A DNA stretch of 64,000 nt from Candidatus Kerfeldbacteria bacterium RIFCSPLOWO2_02_FULL_42_19 (lineage in GTDB: Bacteria; Patescibacteriota; Patescibacteriia; HO2-48-17). The stretch lies in assembly GCA_001818315.1 (NCBI GenBank), contig MHKF01000010.1:3853-67852 (forward strand). The letters run 5' to 3'. Below are positions 39,920 through 48,950 of the stretch, one piece after another. The notes beneath the pieces are model-generated. The model saw only the letters and a program-made list of their open reading frames with translations. It had not been told where the DNA came from and made no database searches. A program made the position numbers and the translations under genes. How positions within the stretch are numbered: position 1 is the stretch's first letter; each line of letters opens with the position of its first letter.

Positions 39920-40288
39920 ATGCTACATCAATATATGAAGAAGGCGAACAAAAAAAAATATACATTTTTGACTACTCTTATATTACTCGGGGTCTTAGGA
40001 CCTTTATTCCTCTCGGCACAGGGACTACCGAATCCACTTGGTGAAGTAACGGACCCGAATGAAATTATTGTGAATGTGATTAAGGCGTTTTTGGGCGTCC
40101 TCGGTGTCCTTGCACTTGTCATCTTTATTTATGGAGGGTTGTTGCTGCTGATTTCTGGAGGGAATACAGAAATGCTCTCAAAAGGGAAGAGAACACTTGT
40201 GTGGGCAATTATTGGCCTTGCTATTATTCTGAGTAGTTACGGAATACTCAAATTCGTCTTTGAAAAACTCATTACTTCCACGAGTTAA
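39920..40288 (+). CDS. TrbC/VirB2-like small membrane protein, paralog 2
   Basis: IFIYGGLLLLISGGNTEMLSKGKRTLVWAIIGLAIILSSYGI. Confidence 0.55.
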   Translation: MLHQYMKKANKKKYTFLTTLILLGVLGPLFLSAQGLPNPLGEVTDPNEIIVNVIKAFLGVLGVLALVIFIYGGLLLLISGGNTEMLSKGKRTLVWAIIGLAIILSSYGILKFVFEKLITSTS

Positions 40289-40326
40289 AAATAAATTTCG
40301 GTTTAAATCTTTCTCCTGTTGTCAAG

Positions 40327-40412
40327 AGAAGCGCGGTAATGGATCTTATACCTTTCGAAGCACTCACACTGCACAGTGTGCTGAGAAAGGTATAAGATCC
40401 ATTACCGCGCTT
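40327..40412. repeat. long palindrome (29-bp perfect arms, 28-nt structured centre), same family as 22176..22253
   Basis: gaagcgcggtaatggatcttatacctttc / gaaaggtataagatccattaccgcgcttc; the centre is ...ttcgaagcactcacactgcacagtgtgctga. Confidence 0.8.
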
Positions 40413-40451
40413 CTTACATTATGGAAAAATTATCACGCAAAAAGTCTATTG

Positions 40452-40859
40452 CTACGTCGTGGCTTTCACAATTTGATCGAATACATATTTGGCGATTCCA
40501 TAGGAAGCCATCACAATCGCAAGACCGATAACTGCCAAAACCAATCGATCACGCGCTTGGCGCATTTTTTCGGAGTTACCGCCAGAAAGCATCCAAGAAA
40601 ATCCAGCCCAAATAATCATTACGAGTGTTATAAGTCCTAAAACGCTCAACACAACACTCACAATCTTGAGAGTCACAACAACTGGAGAAGCACCGCCAAG
40701 ACCAGTCTCTGTTAAAACTGGCGACAAGGTAGGAGGGGCAGCAGACACATCATTCGTGCCACTCACAATACTGAACACGACAATAATGATGGAAAAAATC
40801 GTTGCAAGTGAAACGAAATGCCGCGGCATTGTACGTATGCGTTGTATTACGTCAAACAT
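40452..40859 (-). CDS. TrbC/VirB2-like small membrane protein, paralog 3
   Basis: MIIWAGFSWMLSGGNSEKMRQARDRLVLAVIGLAIVMASYGI. Confidence 0.55.
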   Translation of the reverse strand: MFDVIQRIRTMPRHFVSLATIFSIIIVVFSIVSGTNDVSAAPPTLSPVLTETGLGGASPVVVTLKIVSVVLSVLGLITLVMIIWAGFSWMLSGGNSEKMRQARDRLVLAVIGLAIVMASYGIAKYVFDQIVKATT

Positions 40860-40881
40860 AAAACAAAAAAATTTATAAATC

Positions 40882-41283
40882 TCAACTGCGATAGATACGC
40901 TGTATGAAAGTTGTTGCGCCAGTTGCTTTGTTCAGTTCGTTAAATACATAACTCACAATACCGTATGCTGCCATAATAATGGCAAGACCAGTAATAGCTG
41001 CAACAAGGATATCACGCGCATGTCGGAGTCGCTCGGAACTTCCAGCAGAAAACAACCACATAAATCCACCCCAGAGAATCATAACCACAGCAATGAGTCC
41101 GACAAGAGTCAAAACCAATTGAACAATTCTTAACACAACCACATCAGGTGTTAAAGTTCCAAGTTTTGCTTCATCTACAAGGATTTTCTTTATACTCGTA
41201 TTAGGATCAAAAGCCACAGCATAGGTAGCATGCAAATCTACAAAAGAAAATAAAAGAGTCATGACAAAAAATACAAAGCACAT
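40882..41283 (-). CDS. TrbC/VirB2-like small membrane protein, paralog 4
   Basis: Start placed at internal Met MCFVFFVMTLLFSFV (signal-like); the track ORF extends to 41595. Motif VMILWGGFMWLFSAGSSERLRHARDILVAAITGLAIIMAAYGI. Confidence 0.5.
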   Translation of the reverse strand: MCFVFFVMTLLFSFVDLHATYAVAFDPNTSIKKILVDEAKLGTLTPDVVVLRIVQLVLTLVGLIAVVMILWGGFMWLFSAGSSERLRHARDILVAAITGLAIIMAAYGIVSYVFNELNKATGATTFIQRIYRS

Positions 41284-41658
41284 GCGCTTGAAAAAATAAT
41301 GCGATGAAGTCATAAAGTTTAATAAAAAGTAATTAGATTTATTATACAACGTTTCTTTCAATCCGTAAAAGACACCTCGCACACTCCGATTCCGCATAAT
41401 GGGTCTGTCGCCGAATGCGCTTTCGCCTGTGAAATCGTAAAATTTCGTGACAGAATCGCTGAATAAATTTTGAGGTTTATATGGAATATAAGCTGAAAAA
41501 TTTTGAAGCGATTCTGGCCGAAATGCTACGATTGCAACAGAAATGGTATTCGGCGACAGACCCATATAGGTAAAATAACAAAAATTTGCTTGCAAAGTTA
41601 AAATATGCTATAGTCAAAAGTGACTTTAAAATTACAAGAAAGGAGGTGAAACCTCATT

Positions 41659-42030
41659 ATGACTAAACTCTTGGTAAGAGCTTCACAAATCGGTGCTGCC
41701 GTGAGTGTTTTGCTTCTTCCTGCAGCAGCGCGAGCACAGCTTACGATCGACCCATCATACGCCGGAACATTCAACCTTGGCAGTGGTTCTCCAGTAGCTA
41801 TCGTGATCGGTATCGTAAACTGGGCATTAGGACTTCTCGCGCTCGTTGCAGTAGTACTCGTGCTTATCGGTGGATTCATGTGGATGACTGCCGCTGGTAA
41901 TGAAGAAAAAGTTGATAAAGCGAAGAAGATCCTTTCCGCAGCTATTATTGGTTTGGTGATTATCCTTGCTGCTTGGGGTATTACGATCTACGCGATCAAC
42001 GTACTTGGTACAGCAACTGGTTCAGTATAA
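41659..42030 (+). CDS. TrbC/VirB2-like small membrane protein, paralog 5
   Basis: Strong SD aaaggaggtga. VLVLIGGFMWMTAAGNEEKVDKAKKILSAAIIGLVIILAAWGI. Confidence 0.55.
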   Translation: MTKLLVRASQIGAAVSVLLLPAAARAQLTIDPSYAGTFNLGSGSPVAIVIGIVNWALGLLALVAVVLVLIGGFMWMTAAGNEEKVDKAKKILSAAIIGLVIILAAWGITIYAINVLGTATGSV

Positions 42031-42140
42031 TATATTCAAATTTGGAAAAAAGAAAGACTCCCGTTCGCGGGGGTCTTTTTTTCAACAATAACTCATACTC
42101 AGTTTGTGCGGATACAAAGGCTGATGTTACACTCATTGAT

Positions 42141-44222
42141 ATGCAAACCGCGACGATACGAGCATATCCAAAAATCAAAGCATGGTTTCAAACACACTCG
42201 GTGTGGATAGTCCTCACACTTACACTGACATACGCACTAATATTCATCGTATTCGCAATATGGAAATACATAAATTTTCACTACGATGCACTCGATCTTG
42301 CGATCTATAATCAAGTTTTTTGGAACACAGCACACGGCAAACTCTTCGGGCTCACCATTCATCCGCATTCCTATCTTGGTGATCACATCGAATTAACACT
42401 CCTGCTCTTTGCGCCATTCTATACGATTTTTCAACATCCGATAACGCTCCTGATCATACAAACACTCTGGATTGCGAGTGCAGCGATTCCTCTTTTTTGG
42501 ATCGCACAAAAAATACTCAACAAACTCTGGGCTTTACTTTTTACTGCAGCATATCTTGCCAATGCTTTCATTCATAATATCAATACTTTCGAATTCCATA
42601 TGCTCCCGCTCGCACTGCCACTCCTTTTTATACTGTACTGGGCTTATGAAAAAAAAAATTTTCGAATCTATCTCCTCGCGATTATTTTACTCATATTCAC
42701 CAGGGAAGACATCGCGCTCGTGACGTTCTTTTTTGGTTTCCTACCTCTCCTTGAAAAAAAACAAAAACGATGGTGGTTGATGCCTATGATACTGAGCGCA
42801 CTCTGGTTTCCGATAGCGCTCAAAATCACGACACTCGCGAGCGGTTATGAACAGTATAAATTTGCATACTATTACGGTTGGCTTGGAACAACGCCACAAG
42901 CAATCATACAAACGTTTTTTACCGAACCAACGAAAGTGCTTTCCTATGTCTTCCAAGTCGGAAATACATTTTTTCTTATCACGATCCTCCTTGCTTTTGC
43001 GCTTCTTCCGCTCTTCAAAATGAAGTATCTCATTCCAACGATTCCTATTTTGGCCCAATTTCTTTTGCTCGGAAAAGGCTCAGGTTCCATCATTCTCGAG
43101 ACACACTATCTCACACTCATCATTCCATGGTTTTTTATCAGTATCATACACGTTGTGAAAGAATGGCAAATGCAACCAAAGCCCTCACAGATGTGGCCGA
43201 TCAAACGCTGGGTGTTACAAAAACTCCGAAGCGAGCCGAGTATTGCAATTCCAATCATTATAACCATTTTCATCTATACTTTTTTCACTATGAGTCCACT
43301 TCCGTCAGCAGCACAAACGTTCGTACGTGAAATCAGAAATCCAAATCCAAAAAAAGCAATACAAGACGATCTCCTAAAAAACATCAGGCCAACCGATGTT
43401 GTTGTATCGAGCTATAATACGCTTACACACCTTTCCTCGCGAAACACCGTCTATTCTCTTCATTATCTTTGGACAGGAAAAAAACAACTCTCGGATGAAC
43501 CGTACTGGATTAACACACCTGTAGATACGCTCTATTACGACAGTGAAAATTTCCTGGAATATTACTTTCATTGGAAAAAGAATGCGGGATTTGAAAACTT
43601 TTTTGATCAGGGCGACAATCGCATGCGCGCTTTTCTGAGCGAACAGAAACTTGTACCATCAACAGTGATTGATGATATCATCGTTTTCCGGCGTGCAGAA
43701 AATGCACAAGCAGATGAAATCTCCGTAAAAAATAATAAGCGCTCAGTGGAACCGCAAAACATATACACCCTCTATCAAAATATTCCAAAGATGAAAAAAA
43801 CTGTTGATCGAAAACTTTCCGATGAAATCACCCTCCTTGGTTGGAATCGTCTCAATCAGGCACACCGGCTCCCCTACAAAACGATAAGCAGATCTCTTAT
43901 ATGGCGAGTTGAAAAAACTCCAGAAAACACGCCCTTTTTGCGACTCCAAGTCAGAAATCCAAAAAAGCAAATCCTCTATCAAAAATTTTACGCCCTTGGC
44001 TATGGAGTATTACCGCCCACTGAATGGAAACAAGGTGATATTATTGCAACCAACTACTGGTTTGTAATTCCAGAAAATTTTATACAATCCGGCAACATAG
44101 TGACTATTAACTTAGAAAACTTTGAGAGCGGCACTTTTACGCTTGACGGTCTTCGTTCTGCGAATATTACAGAAATGAAAACAAAACCAACGGGACCGGC
44201 CGTACCGATAGCTCGTTTTTAA
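42141..44222 (+). CDS. large polytopic membrane protein, DUF2079-like (putative GT-C-type glycosyltransferase)
   Basis: Start moved to ATG 42141 to avoid overlap with the upstream pilin gene. YDALDLAIYNQVFWN resembles the DUF2079 signature; many TM helices, then a soluble C-terminal domain. Confidence 0.45.
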   Translation: MQTATIRAYPKIKAWFQTHSVWIVLTLTLTYALIFIVFAIWKYINFHYDALDLAIYNQVFWNTAHGKLFGLTIHPHSYLGDHIELTLLLFAPFYTIFQHPITLLIIQTLWIASAAIPLFWIAQKILNKLWALLFTAAYLANAFIHNINTFEFHMLPLALPLLFILYWAYEKKNFRIYLLAIILLIFTREDIALVTFFFGFLPLLEKKQKRWWLMPMILSALWFPIALKITTLASGYEQYKFAYYYGWLGTTPQAIIQTFFTEPTKVLSYVFQVGNTFFLITILLAFALLPLFKMKYLIPTIPILAQFLLLGKGSGSIILETHYLTLIIPWFFISIIHVVKEWQMQPKPSQMWPIKRWVLQKLRSEPSIAIPIIITIFIYTFFTMSPLPSAAQTFVREIRNPNPKKAIQDDLLKNIRPTDVVVSSYNTLTHLSSRNTVYSLHYLWTGKKQLSDEPYWINTPVDTLYYDSENFLEYYFHWKKNAGFENFFDQGDNRMRAFLSEQKLVPSTVIDDIIVFRRAENAQADEISVKNNKRSVEPQNIYTLYQNIPKMKKTVDRKLSDEITLLGWNRLNQAHRLPYKTISRSLIWRVEKTPENTPFLRLQVRNPKKQILYQKFYALGYGVLPPTEWKQGDIIATNYWFVIPENFIQSGNIVTINLENFESGTFTLDGLRSANITEMKTKPTGPAVPIARF

Positions 44223-44228
44223 AACAAT

Positions 44229-45488
44229 ATGGACATACCGAAGAGTATCAAAAAGACACTATGGAATCCAGACGCTGTGATCATTATGACGATGACGTTA
44301 CTCTTTGGAATACTTGCTTTCTTCTACAACACAAAGCATACGTATAACGAACAGTTTGTGTGGCTTGCGGAGAGTTTTCTCAAAGGACAACTGTATCTTG
44401 CGGAACCAATCAAACGTTTTATAGATCTTGCGTTGGTGGATGGAAAATTCTTCTGGCATCTGCCGCCGCTTCCTGCGATACTCCTCGTGCCATTCGTATG
44501 GTTTTGGAAAATATTGCATGTGCCAATCTATCAATGGTATCTCAATATACCGTTCAGCGTGGGGGTGTTCGTGTTATGCTTTAAAATCGCAAAAAGATTC
44601 GCATTTTCTTGGACTGACGCACTGTACCTTGCAAACGCATTCTTATTTGCTTCTGTGTATCATCAGATTGCCTTTCTGAGTTGGAGTTGGTATCTCTCAC
44701 AGAGTCTCACAGCATTTTTGATGTTCCTCGCGCTCTACGAATTTTTTACAAGAAAACGCTGGGGTTTGATTGGAATTATATTCGCGGCTCTCCTTATGAC
44801 ACGGCCGACGGCGGTGCTCGGAATCATCTTTTTTCTTGCTGGCATCATTTTTAACACGATCGATGAGGAACTTCCGCATATCGCTCATCACATGACACAT
44901 CACTCAAAATTACGCTCCATCATCCAACTCATTCTCCCCTGTTTCTTTACTATTCCCTTGCTGCTTGCCTATAACCAAGCGCGATTTGGAAGCTACTGGG
45001 AATCCGGATATGCGCTCACGAATAACTTCGCGAATCCGGCAAATACTTCGTACCAACTCTTTAGTCTCAGTAACATTCCAACAAATTTCTCTGCATACTT
45101 TTTGAGCGCCCCTAAAATGATATTGGAAAAACTTAAACAAGGGGTAGACGGAATATCCTCATTCCGATTACCGCGACTCAAAGTCGAACACCCGGGAGTC
45201 AGCTTCTTTGTTGTTTCGCCTATTTTTCTTTGGCTCTTACGAGCTCAATGGCGTAAACGCCTCGTACGTCTCGCACTCCTGCCGATACTCATACTCCTAC
45301 CGACCTTACTCGCTTTCTGGGGCCCGGGTTGGAATCAAATCGGTCCGCGCTATACGCTTGACTTCCTCCCGTTTGCGTGGGTGATACTGCTTTTCGCTTT
45401 TCCGCAACAAAAACTCAGCAAGAGCGCAAAAATACTCATCGTGCTGAGCAGTTACTTCAATTTTTTTCTTCTCGCAACGACGTACTAA
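44229..45488 (+). CDS. polytopic membrane protein, GT-C-like
   Basis: More than 10 predicted hydrophobic helices; adjacent to and co-oriented with the DUF2079-like gene. Confidence 0.4.
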   Translation: MDIPKSIKKTLWNPDAVIIMTMTLLFGILAFFYNTKHTYNEQFVWLAESFLKGQLYLAEPIKRFIDLALVDGKFFWHLPPLPAILLVPFVWFWKILHVPIYQWYLNIPFSVGVFVLCFKIAKRFAFSWTDALYLANAFLFASVYHQIAFLSWSWYLSQSLTAFLMFLALYEFFTRKRWGLIGIIFAALLMTRPTAVLGIIFFLAGIIFNTIDEELPHIAHHMTHHSKLRSIIQLILPCFFTIPLLLAYNQARFGSYWESGYALTNNFANPANTSYQLFSLSNIPTNFSAYFLSAPKMILEKLKQGVDGISSFRLPRLKVEHPGVSFFVVSPIFLWLLRAQWRKRLVRLALLPILILLPTLLAFWGPGWNQIGPRYTLDFLPFAWVILLFAFPQQKLSKSAKILIVLSSYFNFFLLATTY

Positions 45489-47066
45489 CTACCGCTCCTC
45501 ATGATACTCAACTTCAGTATTCACGCGCCAAAGCGCGTCTTTCGATATTACTCCGTCAACAATACTATCAACCGCCGTCATCGCTGCAAGCATCGAATGA
45601 TCTTGATTATTGTAACGGTGCATGCCATTGCGACCGATAGAAAAAAGATTTGCAAAACGATCAAGATACGTGCGAATCACAGAAAAACGATCGTAGCTCC
45701 CAAAATAAGCAGGATAGGCTTTAGGAACGCGAACGACGCAACCGTCAAGGACATCAGCTGCATCAATAAACCCAAGCTTTGCGAGTTCGGCAGTGGCAAA
45801 TTTTAAAAAGGCTTGATCGCTTTTACGCCACAACTCGTCGCCTTCATTACAAAAATATTCCAGCCCAAGCCATACGGTGTTAGGGTCTTGCACAAGATAG
45901 GGGCTCCAGTTATTCCAAATCTGAATCCGACCGAGACGCACATCCTTTTCCTGAACATATATCCAATTATCGGTCATGAGACGTCCGTATTCAGCAAAAC
46001 GTAATTTTCGTACAAGCAGCCCAACACTCATAAAATCGCGATAGCAAAGTGACGCAGCGACATCACGAACTTCTGAAGGGACTACCGCTCCAAGTCCAGC
46101 AATAAGTGACTGCACGGGCATTGTAGAAAAAAAATAATCCCCTTTCTGCCACCACGTTTTTCCCGTACGTTTATCGCGAATGTGCGCAGCAAAAATGTTT
46201 CGACCGTCGTGCCGAAAAGCAATAACGCTATGCTGTAAAAAAATACTTCCGCCGCGGCATTCAATGGCACGCGCAACCTCCTGCCACATTTGCCCTGGTC
46301 CAAACTTCGGATACAAAAAATACTCAATAAGACTCGTCTCACTAGACTTTTGTGAAAGCGAAGCTGTGCGTTTTGGCAAAAATTTTTGCAGAGCATGCCC
46401 AAGCGCTTTACTAATAGACACTCCTTTCACACGCTGTCTCCCCCACGCGGCGGATATTTCTTTACACGAAACGCCCCACACTTTTTCTGTATAGTCCTTA
46501 AAAAAAGTCAGATAGAGCACACGGCCGAAACGATTGATAAAAAAATCTTCAAGCGAAGTTTCTGGACGTCTCGGAAAAAAACGAGCGCGAATATAACTCA
46601 AAAGTATATGTACAACACGCAAAAGGCCGAGCCTGCGAAGCGTTGTAAAATTGAGCGAAAGTGGATAATCAAAAAAATTCCGAAGAAAAAAAATGCGCGA
46701 TTTGCGTTTCCGAATTAACATGACGCGATCTGAAATTGCCGGATCTGGTCCATCGGGGGATACTTGCACCGCGCGACTGCGATGTTGATACGAAATGTTG
46801 ATGCGCTCAGTTTCAATCCCGGATCGCTTGAATGAATCAGCGCTCTGTAAAGGAAGAATATTCAACCACCAATGCATTACACGGTCGGATTTGGAAAAAA
46901 ACCGATGACCGCCAATATCCATCCGATTGCCTTTATAATGAACCGTCCGAGCAAGTCCGCCGACTTTATCGTCTAATTCAAAAATAATTGGCTTGGTGGA
47001 TGTGCGTTCCAAAAGTTCATACGCTGCAGTGAGTCCAGCAGGCCCAGCTCCAATAATAATAGCCAT
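45489..47066 (-). CDS. FAD/NAD(P)-binding oxidoreductase (amine-oxidase / UDP-galactopyranose-mutase-like fold)
   Basis: [18 protein letters not shown] dinucleotide-binding motif at the chosen start. Confidence 0.65.
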   Translation of the reverse strand: MAIIIGAGPAGLTAAYELLERTSTKPIIFELDDKVGGLARTVHYKGNRMDIGGHRFFSKSDRVMHWWLNILPLQSADSFKRSGIETERINISYQHRSRAVQVSPDGPDPAISDRVMLIRKRKSRIFFLRNFFDYPLSLNFTTLRRLGLLRVVHILLSYIRARFFPRRPETSLEDFFINRFGRVLYLTFFKDYTEKVWGVSCKEISAAWGRQRVKGVSISKALGHALQKFLPKRTASLSQKSSETSLIEYFLYPKFGPGQMWQEVARAIECRGGSIFLQHSVIAFRHDGRNIFAAHIRDKRTGKTWWQKGDYFFSTMPVQSLIAGLGAVVPSEVRDVAASLCYRDFMSVGLLVRKLRFAEYGRLMTDNWIYVQEKDVRLGRIQIWNNWSPYLVQDPNTVWLGLEYFCNEGDELWRKSDQAFLKFATAELAKLGFIDAADVLDGCVVRVPKAYPAYFGSYDRFSVIRTYLDRFANLFSIGRNGMHRYNNQDHSMLAAMTAVDSIVDGVISKDALWRVNTEVEYHEER

Positions 47067-47086
47067 CTGTTGTGAAATATGATTCT

Positions 47087-47779
47087 TCATACACGACACT
47101 GTTCAAAACCGTACGCATATTTTGAAAATTTGGAGAGCCTTGCGGTAAAATACTGTGTGATTGACGAAACTTCTTCATCGTAAGCAGGAGCGTACTTCAA
47201 TTCCAAAATCACGAATGTTCCAAGAGATGAAGTTGAACGTGCTGGAGTGTCCCTCAAAATAATAGAGTTAGAAAGCTGATCATCAATTGTGATGCGAAAC
47301 TTACGATCAGCTGATATAAAGTATCGACGAAAATAGTGATTCGAAAGTACCGGCTTAAGTGTCTGCAGCGTATAAGCAAGTGACGTTGGAACCTCGGAAG
47401 CTTTGATATGTGCAAAAAAATCTCGAGAAAAAAGCATTGGAAGTTCAAACGGCGGCAATGGATAAACGACTTTCCTTGTCAAAAATCCATACTTATACTT
47501 CACCTCTAAAGCAGCATGTATCATATACGTATTGTGATCACCATACCAACGCACACGCACCTTAGAGCGATTCGCGACTCCGTCCACCGTATCAGAAACG
47601 AATTGAAAACTCAAGGTATCAAAATAGACATTGCTGACGAACCGCGCTGGATACAGTGACCGAAACATTGCTGGATGCGTACGTAAAACTTGTTCAAGCT
47701 CCGGCGCGATACGAGGCACAATAAATTTTCGTTCGAAACGCCACGTGTCATGCATATCATTTCTTGTGCAACGAATCAT
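47087..47779 (-). CDS. VTC/CYTH-like domain protein
   Basis: N-terminal WRFERKFIV (ExExK-type CYTH signature); about 230 aa. Confidence 0.45.
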   Translation of the reverse strand: MIRCTRNDMHDTWRFERKFIVPRIAPELEQVLRTHPAMFRSLYPARFVSNVYFDTLSFQFVSDTVDGVANRSKVRVRWYGDHNTYMIHAALEVKYKYGFLTRKVVYPLPPFELPMLFSRDFFAHIKASEVPTSLAYTLQTLKPVLSNHYFRRYFISADRKFRITIDDQLSNSIILRDTPARSTSSLGTFVILELKYAPAYDEEVSSITQYFTARLSKFSKYAYGFEQCRV

Positions 47780-48950
47780 CCTTACACCGCCACCAATATC
47801 GTAAAATACGATGACTCAAAAATACCGCAAAACAAAAGAGCAAAACGCCAAAAAAAATACCGAAAATCAACGCGACGAAAGTATACAGATTGAAAAATAA
47901 ATCTCGAAAAAACGAGCGAAGATTCTGCGGTTGTTGTAAAAACCAATAAGGATCCGTGGGCGAAGAAGGATTGGGATACTGTCTACGGTACCAATCAAGC
48001 CAAAAGTCTGTCGTATAGGTCGAAATATCATACGTCGGATTTTCGCTGAGAGAAATCGGTTGAAATGCCGGTTCCCCTTGTGTCGGTAAAGTCACACGAA
48101 GCGCTAGATCGGTCGCATCCTCGCGAAGTCCAAGCGTAAAAAAATGCATGCCCGGCCGTGGGCCCGCCTCATGTACCAGAGGAAATAAATAATCACCGGC
48201 GAACCAAAGGACAGATTTTGAACGAGGTAATTGAAGAAGCGCGGGAAGGAGCGTATCTGAAAATTCTTTTTGGACTGCGTCGCGCTCAGTTTGTGAACCA
48301 GCAAAATACTGACTGTTCCAGAGAACCTTGTGCGAAAAAAGAACAAGAAAACGAACGTCATCCGACTGCGCGAGACGAATACTTTCAAAAAACATTTGTT
48401 TTTGTTCACCGATAAGAAGCCCATGATCAAGTTCACCGTCGAGTACTACAAAAAGTGCGTCTCCTCGCTGAAACGTAAAAAATGTTTTACCAAAACGCTC
48501 AGTATAGACTTCTCTATTCTGGAGTTCGTGATTACCAACAGCATTAAACACGGGTCGGGAAAGAGCATTAAGAAACGATGAAGCAAGAAGTCGAAATTGC
48601 TTTTCATTTGCTTTATGCACGATATCCCCAAGGAGCATTACGAAATCAATATCAGGATCAGCGAAAACTTTCTGATTCGCAAGCAATGTCACAGCAGGGT
48701 ATTCACTATAAGGCAAAGTCGTATTTTCTAAGCGGCCGTACACATGCCCGACAGCAACAAAAATAACATCACCGGTTTCTTCGTCGAAACGTATGCCGTT
48801 CAAAGAAGGTACTGCTTGAGCGCGTGCACTCTGAAAATCGACAACGAAAAAAAAGAAAAGGCTTAAAACGAAAAAAAATGACTGCAAACAACGCTGCAAC
48901 ATGCCTCGACAACGCAACACAAAAAAAAGTCTGCGAAAACTATTTATCAT
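47757..48950 (-). CDS. calcineurin-like metallophosphoesterase with signal peptide and C-terminal TM anchor
   Basis: GDIVH and GNHE phosphoesterase motifs; hydrophobic N- and C-termini. Confidence 0.6.
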   Translation of the reverse strand: MINSFRRLFFVLRCRGMLQRCLQSFFFVLSLFFFFVVDFQSARAQAVPSLNGIRFDEETGDVIFVAVGHVYGRLENTTLPYSEYPAVTLLANQKVFADPDIDFVMLLGDIVHKANEKQFRLLASSFLNALSRPVFNAVGNHELQNREVYTERFGKTFFTFQRGDALFVVLDGELDHGLLIGEQKQMFFESIRLAQSDDVRFLVLFSHKVLWNSQYFAGSQTERDAVQKEFSDTLLPALLQLPRSKSVLWFAGDYLFPLVHEAGPRPGMHFFTLGLREDATDLALRVTLPTQGEPAFQPISLSENPTYDISTYTTDFWLDWYRRQYPNPSSPTDPYWFLQQPQNLRSFFRDLFFNLYTFVALIFGIFFGVLLFCFAVFLSHRILRYWWRCKDDSLHKK

